64,000 bases of DNA from Acidobacteriaceae bacterium (GTDB lineage: Bacteria; Acidobacteriota; Terriglobia; Terriglobales; Acidobacteriaceae). The stretch is taken from contig DATJNE010000213.1 in NCBI GenBank assembly GCA_035508305.1, forward strand, positions 12,205 to 76,204. The letters run 5' to 3'. Positions within the stretch are counted from its first letter, which is position 1. Every line of letters begins with the position of its first letter. The translations under genes and the position numbers were made by a program. Of this stretch, positions 18,178 through 27,492 are shown piece by piece. The notes under the pieces were generated by a model. It had not been told where the DNA came from and made no database searches. It saw only the letters and a program-made list of their open reading frames with translations.

Positions 18178-20425
18178 GGATGAACCTGGTATTAACGTTT
18201 TCAAGCACCACGCCGAGTACAGCGTGATGCGATATCTGGTCGCTCAGGGTGCGATGCGCGGCCAGGATTTCATCAACGGAATCTCCAGCTTGAGCCGTGA
18301 CCAGAACAGCATCGGAAAGCTGCGCCAGGACAAGGGCATCGGCGAAAATGGCCGCGGGGCTCTGCAGAACGATGAACCTGAATTCATCGCGCCATGCCGT
18401 CAGCAAGCCGGACATGCGCGGAGAAGCGATGAGTTCCGATGGGCAGGGTGAACGCGCGCCGGCATGCACCACGGAGAGGGTAGGAAGGCCCGCAATGGAC
18501 TGAGTCGAGACAGCAACCCGATCGCTTGAGAGCATCGCACTAAGGCCGGGCTCCTCCGACGGACAGATGTCAGGCGCAGACCGAAGATCGGCGTCCACGT
18601 AGAGGACAGAGTCGCCGCGTTGCGCCAGGATCGTCGCGAGCCCGAGAGCCAGGGGAGGTCCCGAGCCCCGGGAAGTGCGCGCCGCCTTGCCGGGGCCGCA
18701 GGAACCGGTGATGGTGATCACCTGAGGCGGCCGCTCGCTGTGTGAAAGCAGTAGAGATGCGCGCAATCGGTGGAGGGCTTCGACGAACGGAGTTTCCGAC
18801 CGGGGCATTTCCAGTCCTGTGTTATCCCCGCCGGCCTGCACCAAAGGTGATCGCGAGGGCAGACTGAACAATCGATGGTACCAGGTCTCGGGAAGGCGGT
18901 AGGGTGGAACCGCAACGAAGAGTCGGGCTTCGAGAACAGCCTCGAGCTCCGCGGCCGTGTGAATGGCTCGGTCGGTTAGTTCGCGAACGATCGCGGCGCC
19001 GCATCCGACGAGCGTTCCCACACCAACAGCGAGCGTGGCCAGAATCGGCCAATTCGGACTGGCTGGACGATCGGGCGGGGGAACGAACGCCGGGCTAACC
19101 ACGGCGAAGTTGTCCGAGTGGAGACCTTTGAGGATGCCGGTTTCCTGCAGGCGACCCAGAAGGGTCGTATAAAGACCGCGGCTCTGGTCAGCTTCCTGTC
19201 GCGCCAGTCGCAGAGTAAGCGCATTCCCCGTCAGCCGTGAAGCTAGGTTCTTCTGCTGGGTGTAGGCGTCGCGCGCTGACTCCTCGGCCTGTACCGCAAC
19301 CCCGTAGTCTGTGCGGGCGCGCTCGCCGAGTCGATGGATTTCCCCTTGGATGGAATTCTGAATACTTTCGAGGTTGGCGCGTTGTTCAGCGAACGCCGGC
19401 CAGTTTTCCCCATAGCGGTTGGCAGATTCGGCGATCTGGCTTTGGAGCGCCGACTCCTGGGCGCGAAGGGACTGCAGCAGCGCGAGAGAATTCTGCGTAT
19501 TCGGCCCGGCATTGGGAGTGCCGGCGAGGCCGGAGATGGTTTCCGGGTCGCCGCTCTGCACCGTGCGCCAAATTGCCTCGCGTACGATACGATTCGATTC
19601 GGCAGCGGCAAGCGCGGTGTTCAGTGAATCGAGTCGAGCGAGGACGGGGTTGTGGGAGGCGTCATCACTGTAATCCCCCACGGTGCGATCGAGTGCAGCG
19701 GTACGGGAATCGAGGAGATCGGTTTGCTGTTTGAGCCCTCCCAACTGAATTGAAAGCCAGGACGCTGCCTGCGCCGCCTCGGTCGACCTTGACCGGAAAT
19801 CGTAGTCGGAGAGTGCCCGGATTAACTCGTTAACCACGGCGGCAGCTCGGTTCGGATCAGGGTCGGAATAACTGATCGAGATGAGACGAGTTCCGGCTTC
19901 GGGTGCGATCTTGCGATGGGCGGCAAAGATTCTGATGGCGGCGAAACGCCGATTCGGTGCGGACTCCAAAGGTATGGAAAGTGGTTCGAGTGGTTTGCCC
20001 CAGAGAGGGACCTTATGCAGGAAAGCCGCGCGACCACTGCGGGGAGCGAAATAGTCTGGAGTGTCTTCGAGACGGGTGCGGCCAACAACGTCAAGCGTCA
20101 CGGCGTCGGATTCCAAAATGCCGATTTCGGTCTGGAGGTTGAGGTTATCGTCGAAGGAATCGCTGATGGCCGTAGCCTGCTTGTCCGTTGTGTTATTTTC
20201 CAAACCGAACGTGCCGTGGGATTCCTTCTGAACTTCTATGATTGCCGTGGCGCGGTAGCGAGGGGTGGCGCACAACCAGTAAGACAGAGCTGTCGCGCCG
20301 CTCAGGAAAAGGGACGCCATAATCCATGCACGGCGCCGGCCAAAGATCGCGAACAGGTCGATAACTGTCCATTCAACCGGAGGTTCTGAGTGGGGCTCCC
20401 GAATGGGTAGCGCGCGTCGGTTCAC
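18164..20425 (-). CDS. polysaccharide co-polymerase (Wzz/GumC-type) fused to a P-loop BY-kinase-like domain with degenerate motifs
   Basis: N-terminal TM helix, long coiled-coil periplasmic region, second TM helix. The C-terminal domain has Walker A' VLYVDADLR, but an atypical Walker A (GSCGPGKAA plus an insertion) and Walker B (IVLQSP). Confidence 0.8.
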   Translation of the reverse strand: MNRRALPIREPHSEPPVEWTVIDLFAIFGRRRAWIMASLFLSGATALSYWLCATPRYRATAIIEVQKESHGTFGLENNTTDKQATAISDSFDDNLNLQTEIGILESDAVTLDVVGRTRLEDTPDYFAPRSGRAAFLHKVPLWGKPLEPLSIPLESAPNRRFAAIRIFAAHRKIAPEAGTRLISISYSDPDPNRAAAVVNELIRALSDYDFRSRSTEAAQAASWLSIQLGGLKQQTDLLDSRTAALDRTVGDYSDDASHNPVLARLDSLNTALAAAESNRIVREAIWRTVQSGDPETISGLAGTPNAGPNTQNSLALLQSLRAQESALQSQIAESANRYGENWPAFAEQRANLESIQNSIQGEIHRLGERARTDYGVAVQAEESARDAYTQQKNLASRLTGNALTLRLARQEADQSRGLYTTLLGRLQETGILKGLHSDNFAVVSPAFVPPPDRPASPNWPILATLAVGVGTLVGCGAAIVRELTDRAIHTAAELEAVLEARLFVAVPPYRLPETWYHRLFSLPSRSPLVQAGGDNTGLEMPRSETPFVEALHRLRASLLLSHSERPPQVITITGSCGPGKAARTSRGSGPPLALGLATILAQRGDSVLYVDADLRSAPDICPSEEPGLSAMLSSDRVAVSTQSIAGLPTLSVVHAGARSPCPSELIASPRMSGLLTAWRDEFRFIVLQSPAAIFADALVLAQLSDAVLVTAQAGDSVDEILAAHRTLSDQISHHAVLGVVLENVNTRFIHARA

Positions 20426-20452
20426 GGCAGCGCCTCCGGGACTGGCCTGACG

Positions 20453-21436
20453 TTATGCATTGCGCAGGAGCACTACCGATCCGTCGAAGTCGAAACTGAA
20501 ATCCATCTCGCTCAGCCCCGCGCGGAGCATGGTTTCGCGCAGGCGCCGCCGATCGTGGGTGTGAAGAAGCAGAAAACCGCTGCCACCCGCGCCGACCAGC
20601 TTGCCTCCGGTGGCACCGCCGTCGGAGCGGGCGAGGTCGTAGAGGGAGTCGATGCGGCTCGTGGTCATGCTGCGGCTGCGGTTGCGCTTGCGCATCCAGT
20701 GTTCGTGCATCAGGCGGCCGAACGAGGCAACGTCTCCGGATTCAAGGACATTGCGAATTTCGCGACCGAGCATCCGGGCGAAGTGAAGGCTGTCAATCAT
20801 CGCCGGATCGCGTGCTTCCGAAAGGCGCCTCTGCTCGCCGAGGATGACCGAGGCACTGCGCAACTCGCCGAGAAAGAACAGCATGAGGGAGTCTCGGAGT
20901 TCGCGCAGGGACTCCTCGCTCATGTGCAGGGAAGTTACGTGGACTTCACCGCCGGGGAGATATTCCTGGCAGAGCAGGCCACCGTACGCAGCGATGTATT
21001 GATCCTGCTTTCCGACGGGTTCGCCGAGGCGGTTCATCTCGATATCTACCGCCTCACGAGCAAGAAGTTCCGCACTGACCGGCTCGCGCTGCCACGCGTA
21101 GAGGGCGTGCAGGAGCCCCACGAGGAATGTTCCCGAGGAACCTAACCCGGTTCCCGCGGGTACGTCGGCGACGCTCACGACTTCCAGCGGCGCTGGGGCG
21201 CGATGCAGATGAATGGCCTCGCGCATGAGGGGATGACGGATCTGATCGCAGGTATCGGCGTGTTCGGTTTCGGAGTATTTGAGAAAGTAGCCGGGCAAAA
21301 AACTCCGATTGACCGTGATGTAAACGTATTTGTTGATGGCCGCGGAGATGACGAAGCCACCGCCGTTCTCCTGGTAATAGGAAGGCAGATCGGTTCCACC
21401 GCCGCCGATGGAGATGCGCAGGGGTGTGCGGGTCAT
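20453..21436 (-). CDS. hddA: GHMP kinase, D-glycero-alpha-D-manno-heptose 7-phosphate kinase-like
   Basis: MTRTPLRISIGGGGTDLPSYY N-terminus and the GLGSSG GHMP motif. ATG at 21436; the longer ORF is an Arg-rich extension. Confidence 0.75.
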   Translation of the reverse strand: MTRTPLRISIGGGGTDLPSYYQENGGGFVISAAINKYVYITVNRSFLPGYFLKYSETEHADTCDQIRHPLMREAIHLHRAPAPLEVVSVADVPAGTGLGSSGTFLVGLLHALYAWQREPVSAELLAREAVDIEMNRLGEPVGKQDQYIAAYGGLLCQEYLPGGEVHVTSLHMSEESLRELRDSLMLFFLGELRSASVILGEQRRLSEARDPAMIDSLHFARMLGREIRNVLESGDVASFGRLMHEHWMRKRNRSRSMTTSRIDSLYDLARSDGGATGGKLVGAGGSGFLLLHTHDRRRLRETMLRAGLSEMDFSFDFDGSVVLLRNA

Positions 21437-21444
21437 GATCAATG

Positions 21445-22350
21445 TCACACCACCTGCGTATCTCGTTGCGGGTCGGTTGTGCTGAATCTTGCGAAGGAAA
21501 GAACGCGGCGCACGCGGGGAGATGCTGCCACAACCGCTTCGGTTTCGCGCATCCCGGTCAGAGATCCAATCTCGTAAAAGCGCTCCGACGTCTCGTATCC
21601 GGCGAGGAGCCCATAGTGCGCTAGTCCCGACCATACCTCGCCGAGATCGAAGATGGGATTACTCCAGTTGGCAAGAACATTCGCATCCAGAGCGTCGAGG
21701 CCATAGTCGATGTGGTGCATGGCTGGGGAGGGACGGCGCTTGTCATAGCGAAGGACGGCGCCCTTGCGAAACTCCACGTTACTGGCCCCCCATCGGTTCT
21801 GGTTGCAGAAGACAGTCATGAGGGCTGGCTTGCCCGAATCGAGAAAACATCGCCAGATAGGTTCGATCGGTTCGGTGAGCCAGCTGTCGCCGTACATGAC
21901 CAGGAACTTCCGGCCGAGCAGAGGCAGGGCTTTCAACAGTGCTCCGCCCGTTCCCAGAGGTTGTTCGCCGTCGTGGCTGTAGGTGATGTGGAGTCCAAAG
22001 CGGCTCCCATCGCCCGCGAAGTCCTCGATCTGATCGCCAAGGAAGCCGCAGCAGAGGATGACATCGCGAATGCCACCCGCGTGGATGAGACGAAGCTGAT
22101 GCGCCAGAAAGGGCTCGCCGGCAATCTCAATGAGCGATTTGGGCATAAACGAGGTGAGCGGCCGCAGACGCGTGGCCAGACCACCCGCGAGAAGCGCAAG
22201 GCGCGGAGGCCAGAGGGCCTCACCCTGGTCAAAGTCCTTCGCAACCGATTGGTTGTCGTGGTCCTCGTCGAAAAAAGCCTCGCGGCCAGGTGCTGCCATG
22301 CTCACCATGCCAGGAACAGGACCGCAGTCAGTTATTAAGGATGCGTACAT
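21445..22350 (-). CDS. hddC: sugar-1-phosphate nucleotidyltransferase, heptose-1-phosphate guanylyltransferase-like
   Basis: LLAGGLATRLRPLT nucleotidyltransferase motif, adjacent to the hddA-like kinase. Start is uncertain (22350 has GGAG upstream; alternatives are 22308 and 22299). Confidence 0.7.
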   Translation of the reverse strand: MYASLITDCGPVPGMVSMAAPGREAFFDEDHDNQSVAKDFDQGEALWPPRLALLAGGLATRLRPLTSFMPKSLIEIAGEPFLAHQLRLIHAGGIRDVILCCGFLGDQIEDFAGDGSRFGLHITYSHDGEQPLGTGGALLKALPLLGRKFLVMYGDSWLTEPIEPIWRCFLDSGKPALMTVFCNQNRWGASNVEFRKGAVLRYDKRRPSPAMHHIDYGLDALDANVLANWSNPIFDLGEVWSGLAHYGLLAGYETSERFYEIGSLTGMRETEAVVAASPRVRRVLSFARFSTTDPQRDTQVV

Positions 22351-23305
22351 CGGTTATCAGCTCCTGCAGGGATTGGCGCACCGCATCGCGGCTGTTTCGT
22401 TTTGGGAACCAGCCGAGCGACCGGATGCGGGTGGAGTCGAGACGGACGACAGGAACGTCACCGCGCCACCCGCAGCGTCCCCCGGTGTAGTCGAAGATAG
22501 GCCTTGCGGCGAGGCCCAGCGTTTCCACGGCGAGGTCGGCAATTTCCGTCACGGTGACGGCATCATCGGTTGCGACGTTGAAAACCGAAAACGGCGACGT
22601 TGCCCTCTGTGCCGCGCAGAGCGCAGCGTCAACGACATCGGAGACGTGAACGTAGGGCTTGCTCTGGTTGCCGTCCCCCAGAATGCGCAGACGCCTTGGC
22701 ATCGCTCGGAGACTGCGCAGGAAATCGAACCCGACGCCATGGGTCTGGCGCGCACCGACAACATTCCCGAATCGGAAAGCGCAGGCGCGCAGACCAAACA
22801 TCGAACAATAGCTGGCAATCAGGGACTCACAGGCGAGTTTGCTGGCGCCATAAGTCGATACCGGAATGAGCGGAGCATGGTCCTCGGGAACCGGTCTTTC
22901 GCCCGTCTCCCCGTAGACGCCGCTCCCGGACGCGTACAACAGACGGTGCACGCCCGTGCGGCGCATGGCTTCGACGACGTTGTTGGTGAGCAGCGTTCCG
23001 CGATAGAAGTCGATTTCCGGGTGCTCCGCGGCGGCGGCAATGTCGGGGTTGGAAGCAAGATGAAAGACCCAGTCATGGCCATCCATGGTAGCGGTGAGAG
23101 CGTTCACATCGCTGGCATCGGATCGGATGATGCTGAGGCGTGCGTCGCCTCGATGTGCTTCATAGTGCAATTCGCGGCCAGACGAGAAGTTGTCGAAGAT
23201 TGTCACGCGCCGCGTCTTGGGGGAGGCCAGCAGCGCGTCGGTGAAGTGGCTGCCGATGAAGCCAGCGCCGCCTACCATAAAGTAGCTTCCTTCCGAAAGG
23301 AGCAT
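22328..23305 (-). CDS. NAD-dependent epimerase/dehydratase (extended SDR)
   Basis: GGAGFIGSH Rossmann motif and YGASK catalytic YxxxK. First gene of the minus-strand EPS operon. Confidence 0.9.
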   Translation of the reverse strand: MLLSEGSYFMVGGAGFIGSHFTDALLASPKTRRVTIFDNFSSGRELHYEAHRGDARLSIIRSDASDVNALTATMDGHDWVFHLASNPDIAAAAEHPEIDFYRGTLLTNNVVEAMRRTGVHRLLYASGSGVYGETGERPVPEDHAPLIPVSTYGASKLACESLIASYCSMFGLRACAFRFGNVVGARQTHGVGFDFLRSLRAMPRRLRILGDGNQSKPYVHVSDVVDAALCAAQRATSPFSVFNVATDDAVTVTEIADLAVETLGLAARPIFDYTGGRCGWRGDVPVVRLDSTRIRSLGWFPKRNSRDAVRQSLQELITDVRILNN

Positions 23306-23575
23306 TGGTTCCTCTGTTTGTTACGAAAGGGTGAAGCCGGTTCCCAATCGAGACTCGCGGGAGTCTTTGAACCCGGAATGAAAACCGCGACTCCTATGTT
23401 TGGGTGTTCGACCGAGGAAGGCAACCATTTCTGGCATGATCGCCGTTACGTAAGTCAGGTTAATGCGAGAGTTATGACCTGTTTGCGTCATTACCTGCGA
23501 TAGGGCGAGCCCGCGATCCACAGCCTGCCGAGAAAACAATCCATTTATAAGTTCCCTCATAACGAGGAGATTCTG

Positions 23576-24631
23576 GTGTTGGCAGCCTCATTGAACAGAG
23601 CCGCTGCTGCCGGCACAGGCGAACCTATGGAAACAACTGACGTCGACATCACAGTGGGGATGCCGGTATACAACGCGATGCCGTGGCTGCCGGAAGCGAT
23701 GGACAGCCTGCTGCGGCAAAGCACGACTACGTTTCACATTCTTGTCATCGTGGATGGCGGAACGGATGCCAGCGCAGCCTGGCTGCGCGATCTGGAGAAC
23801 CGTCTGGCCAGGGCTGGATTCCCCTGGCCGCGGCTAAGGGTTCTGGAGCAGGAACATGCGGGCGTGACCGCCGCGCTGAATCGCCTCCTGTACGAGACAC
23901 GCACGCCGTGGCTGGTTCGTATGGATGCCGACGATGTTTCGTATCCGACGCGCATCGCAAACCTCGGAAGGGCGATGCAGGAACACCCGGATGCCGGTCT
24001 CATTTATTCTCTTGCGGACTATCATCCCCGCGAGCGCTGTGCGGGACAATTTCGGTGCTCGCGTGGCACAGCCGAAGAGTTGCGGGCGATGGTTCGCAGC
24101 GGCTATCTGCTTTCGATTTGCCACTCCTCCGTGGCCCTCAATGTAGAGAAAGTTCGGGCGATGGGCGGATACCGGATGAACATCCACGCCGAAGATGCGG
24201 ACTTATGGTGGCGGATGGCCCTCCGGTATGAGATTCATTGCCTCCCCGAGAGTCTGGTGGGGTTCCGGCTGAATCCCGAGAGCATCAGTTCCAACCATCT
24301 GGCAAATCAGCAGCTCGCAGGGATTTATGTGCAGTACCTCCTGCTCTCAGAACTGTGGGGAAAAAAGCCGCGTCCTTTGGCAGAGGTTGCCGAATCACTG
24401 GCGAAGTTCGTTCCGCCTGCGGCCGTCGAAGCGAAGGAAGCGCTGCGCGAATTCAACATGCTGCTGGCCGATAAGCGTTATCTGCCAAGTCTGCGGGCGC
24501 TGCTTCACGCCTTTCATGCATCGCCCGGTTACGTGTCGCACCGCGTACGCGACGAGTGGAAGAAGGCTGCGATCGGCAATGGCGTACCGCCGGGTAAGTT
24601 TTGGAGACGAAAGGAAGCGTTGTGGGCCTGA
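23576..24631 (+). CDS. glycosyltransferase family 2
   Basis: VGMPVYNAMPWLPEAMDSLLRQS and VIVDGGTDAS GT-A motifs. GTG at 23576 is preceded by GGAG at 6 nt; the ATG at 23627 is an alternative. Confidence 0.85.
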   Translation: MLAASLNRAAAAGTGEPMETTDVDITVGMPVYNAMPWLPEAMDSLLRQSTTTFHILVIVDGGTDASAAWLRDLENRLARAGFPWPRLRVLEQEHAGVTAALNRLLYETRTPWLVRMDADDVSYPTRIANLGRAMQEHPDAGLIYSLADYHPRERCAGQFRCSRGTAEELRAMVRSGYLLSICHSSVALNVEKVRAMGGYRMNIHAEDADLWWRMALRYEIHCLPESLVGFRLNPESISSNHLANQQLAGIYVQYLLLSELWGKKPRPLAEVAESLAKFVPPAAVEAKEALREFNMLLADKRYLPSLRALLHAFHASPGYVSHRVRDEWKKAAIGNGVPPGKFWRRKEALWA

Positions 24632-25548
24632 TTGCAGAAACAACGACAACCGAAGGGGAGACGGACCCGGCTCGCATACCTGAGCATCTGCCGCTGCCGC
24701 CGCGATTTGTGCTGGGAAGAATTCCCGTTGACCGCATCACCATGGATTACGCGGTCGTGCTCATGGTGGAGGCGCTGCTCCATCGAGGCGAGTCGCCGCC
24801 ATTGACGGTGGTTGGCCCGAATGCGCACCTGGTCACCCTTGCTGAGCGCGACGACCGCTTCGCAGACGCGATGCGGGATGCCGATTTGGCCGTACCCGAC
24901 GGAATCTCGGTCGTTCTGGCGGCCCGGCTGCTGCGAACCGCGATTCCGGAACGTGTCACGGGCGGCGATTTCATGGAGCGGATGTGCGCCGAAGCCGCGC
25001 GGTACGGGTTCCGGCTGTTTTTCCTGGGAGGTCTGCCAGGCGCGGCGACCATGGCTGCGAACCAACTGCGCCTGCGTTATCCCGGACTCGTGATTTGCGG
25101 CGCCTTTTGCCCGCCCGTTGGATTTGAGAAAGATCCGGCCGAGCTTCTGCGCATTCGGAAAGAGATCAGCGCGGCTGCCCCCGACCTGCTCTGCGTCGCT
25201 TTCGGCGCGCCGAAACAAGAAATCTGGATGCAGAAGAATCGGGACCAGCTCCCTGTAGGAGCCATGATGGCGGTGGGAGCGGCTTTCGATACCCAGGCCG
25301 GCCTGCGTCGCCGCGCCCCGGGATGGTGTCAGGATGCCGGGCTGGAGTGGCTCTTCCGTCTTCTGATGGAGCCACGCCGGCTGTGGCGCCGCTATCTGAT
25401 CGGAAATGCCCTGTTCACGCTGCTGGTGTTGCGACAGTGGGGTTGGGAGACACTGACGATGCTGAAGAGGGGAATCGGGGAACGTATCAGAACGCTAAGA
25501 GGGAAAAACCTCGCAACTACAGGACTAGACCATGAAGAGAATCGATGA
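24601..25548 (+). CDS. WecB/TagA/CpsF family (GT26) glycosyltransferase
   Basis: PDGISVVLAARLL and FFLGG motifs typical of GT26. Start is either the TTG at 24601 or the GTG at 24619, which has an AAGGAAG Shine-Dalgarno. Confidence 0.85.
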   Translation: METKGSVVGLIAETTTTEGETDPARIPEHLPLPPRFVLGRIPVDRITMDYAVVLMVEALLHRGESPPLTVVGPNAHLVTLAERDDRFADAMRDADLAVPDGISVVLAARLLRTAIPERVTGGDFMERMCAEAARYGFRLFFLGGLPGAATMAANQLRLRYPGLVICGAFCPPVGFEKDPAELLRIRKEISAAAPDLLCVAFGAPKQEIWMQKNRDQLPVGAMMAVGAAFDTQAGLRRRAPGWCQDAGLEWLFRLLMEPRRLWRRYLIGNALFTLLVLRQWGWETLTMLKRGIGERIRTLRGKNLATTGLDHEENR

Positions 25549-26386
25549 TTTGCGGATTCGCCTGTTCAGTGACGGAGCCGATCTGGCCGGAATTCTGGAG
25601 ATGTACGCCAAACCATGGATTCGGGGATTCACCACGAATCCCACCCTGATGCGTAAAGCCGGGGTGCGGAATTATGAGGCCTTTGCGCGCTCCCTGTTGC
25701 GGGCGGTGCCCGACCGGCCGGTATCGCTGGAGGTGTTCAGCGACGATGAGACCGAGATGGAGATGCAGGCGCTCACGGTTGCGACCTGGGGATCCAACGT
25801 CAACGTTAAGATTCCGGTAACCAATCGGGCCGGGGTGTTTCTGGGACCCCTCATCCGCAGGCTGGGACAGGCGGGTGTTGTGCTGAATGTCACCGCTGTG
25901 CTGACCCTGGAGCAGGTGGAGCAGATTGTGGAAGCACTTGTCCCGGAAACCTGGGCGATCGTCTCCGTATTTGCAGGCCGGGTCGCGGACACGGGTGTCG
26001 ACCCGGTTCCCTTCATGGCGGAGGCCAGGAGAATTTTGCGCTGGCGGCCACGAGCGCAGTTGCTGTGGGCCAGTCCACGCGAATTGCTGAATATCTTTCA
26101 GGCGGATGACGCGGGATGCGACATCATCACCGTGCCGCCGGAGATTCTGCGCAAATTTGAACTCGTTGGCAGAGACCTAAAGCAGTATTCCCTGGAAACC
26201 GTTGCGATGTTTCATCAGGATGCGCGCGCTGCCGGGTACGAGATCGATATTCAGGCCCTGGTGGACTCCAGATCGGACCGCTCGAGGCGGAGTCCCGTTG
26301 AGAATGATCTCCGCGGCCTCGGTAACATTCCGGGCGAAGTAGTCGGCACAGGGGTCAATGGCTTGCAGGGCGGAGCCGGCGACTAA
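25532..26386 (+). CDS. transaldolase / fructose-6-phosphate aldolase family protein
   Basis: GFTTNPTLM and NVKIPVT (Schiff-base Lys) motifs of the short TalC/Fsa class. The last ~45 codons are a non-conserved tail overlapping gmhB on the other strand. Confidence 0.8.
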   Translation: MKRIDDLRIRLFSDGADLAGILEMYAKPWIRGFTTNPTLMRKAGVRNYEAFARSLLRAVPDRPVSLEVFSDDETEMEMQALTVATWGSNVNVKIPVTNRAGVFLGPLIRRLGQAGVVLNVTAVLTLEQVEQIVEALVPETWAIVSVFAGRVADTGVDPVPFMAEARRILRWRPRAQLLWASPRELLNIFQADDAGCDIITVPPEILRKFELVGRDLKQYSLETVAMFHQDARAAGYEIDIQALVDSRSDRSRRSPVENDLRGLGNIPGEVVGTGVNGLQGGAGD

Positions 26387-26878
26387 GGAGTCGGGAGAGA
26401 TCCGAATGGTGCGGACGCCGGCCGCGCGGCCGCATTGGGTATCCGTGAGTTGGTCGCCGATCATCCAGGAGTCGGCGAGTGTAAGGGCAAAATCCTCGCG
26501 CGCCTGCAGCAGGAGGCCGGGTAGAGGCTTGCGGCATCCACAAACGCCCACGTACCCCGGTGTGATCCCTCCGGGATGGTGAAGGCAATAGCAAAAGCGC
26601 GTGAAATGAACCCCAGCCGCGGTCAGAATGGTCACGAATTTATGCTGAATGCCCCGGTGCGTCTCATAGCTTGATTTACCCAGGGCGAAGTTTGGCTGGT
26701 TCGACACCAGGATAAGCGCATACCCGGCACGCTGAAGGCTCCGCAGTGCGGGAAGAACGCCATCGATCAGACGGAAGTCGTTCGCCGTCAGAGGGGACTC
26801 CATTTGTCCGGTGGCGGGGTTAAAGACGGTTTCGTTGACGACGCCGTCCCGGTCGAGAAAGATGGCGGGCCTGATCAT
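26177..26878 (-). CDS. gmhB: HAD-family D,D-heptose 1,7-bisphosphate phosphatase-like
   Basis: IFLDRDGVVNE (DxDGT/V motif I), VSNQ, and a GDxxxD-like motif. ATGA overlap with the gmhA stop puts the start at 26878. Confidence 0.8.
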   Translation of the reverse strand: MIRPAIFLDRDGVVNETVFNPATGQMESPLTANDFRLIDGVLPALRSLQRAGYALILVSNQPNFALGKSSYETHRGIQHKFVTILTAAGVHFTRFCYCLHHPGGITPGYVGVCGCRKPLPGLLLQAREDFALTLADSWMIGDQLTDTQCGRAAGVRTIRISPDSLVAGSALQAIDPCADYFARNVTEAAEIILNGTPPRAVRSGVHQGLNIDLVPGSARILMKHRNGFQGILL

Positions 26879-27480
26879 ACCGTCGATTCCCATTTCATTG
26901 GCTGGGTGCGGAGCCTTGGATGAGAGGCGATGAGGTGCCAGACAACCGCCTGGAATTCTTCGGTGTGTGCGGTGACCGTTTCAGGATTGAGGGTGGGGAT
27001 GACGAGGCATGTATCGCTTACCTGTGCGGTGTAGCCGCCGTCGCGCCCCACGACGCCCAGAATCGCGGCATCCACTTGCCGTGCCAGGTTCAAACTCTCA
27101 ACCAGGTTTACGCTGATGTGACGTTCGGGGCTGCCGCCGCCGACCGAGAAGACGAAGACCGCGTCCTTCGGCCCAAGCCGGCTGCCACGCAGCCAGTTGG
27201 CGTAGCATGATTCCCAGCCGTCGTCGTTGATCCGGGCTGTGAGCTCCGACACGTTATCCGTTGGGGCGTAACACTCAATCTCCGCGAGCTTGCGAAAGTC
27301 GTTGACGGCGTGGCTGGCATGGCCGGCGCCCCCGCCCACTCCCAGAAAAAAAACCCGGCCCCCTCGGGAGCGGACCGCAACGAGATGATCGATCAGACGA
27401 TCGATCACGGTGGTATCGAGAAGGGCCGCAAGAGAAGCCACTTCGGAGAGATAGACGGCGGTGTAGTTACGGTCGGACAT
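26875..27480 (-). CDS. gmhA: SIS-domain phosphoheptose isomerase
   Basis: SIS-domain pattern (RVFFLGVGGGAGHASHAVNDF, FVFSVGGGS) with GmhA-like size. Confidence 0.8.
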   Translation of the reverse strand: MSDRNYTAVYLSEVASLAALLDTTVIDRLIDHLVAVRSRGGRVFFLGVGGGAGHASHAVNDFRKLAEIECYAPTDNVSELTARINDDGWESCYANWLRGSRLGPKDAVFVFSVGGGSPERHISVNLVESLNLARQVDAAILGVVGRDGGYTAQVSDTCLVIPTLNPETVTAHTEEFQAVVWHLIASHPRLRTQPMKWESTV

Positions 27481-27492
27481 CGTCGGCCCCGA

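Noticed and set aside
23321-23560. 79-aa ORF on the minus strand in the divergent EPS promoter region.
   Set aside because: It has no Shine-Dalgarno, many codons that are rare for this genome (ATA, AAT, TTG, AGG), and a translation with no recognisable features. The region is more plausibly the shared promoter region of the two divergent EPS operons.
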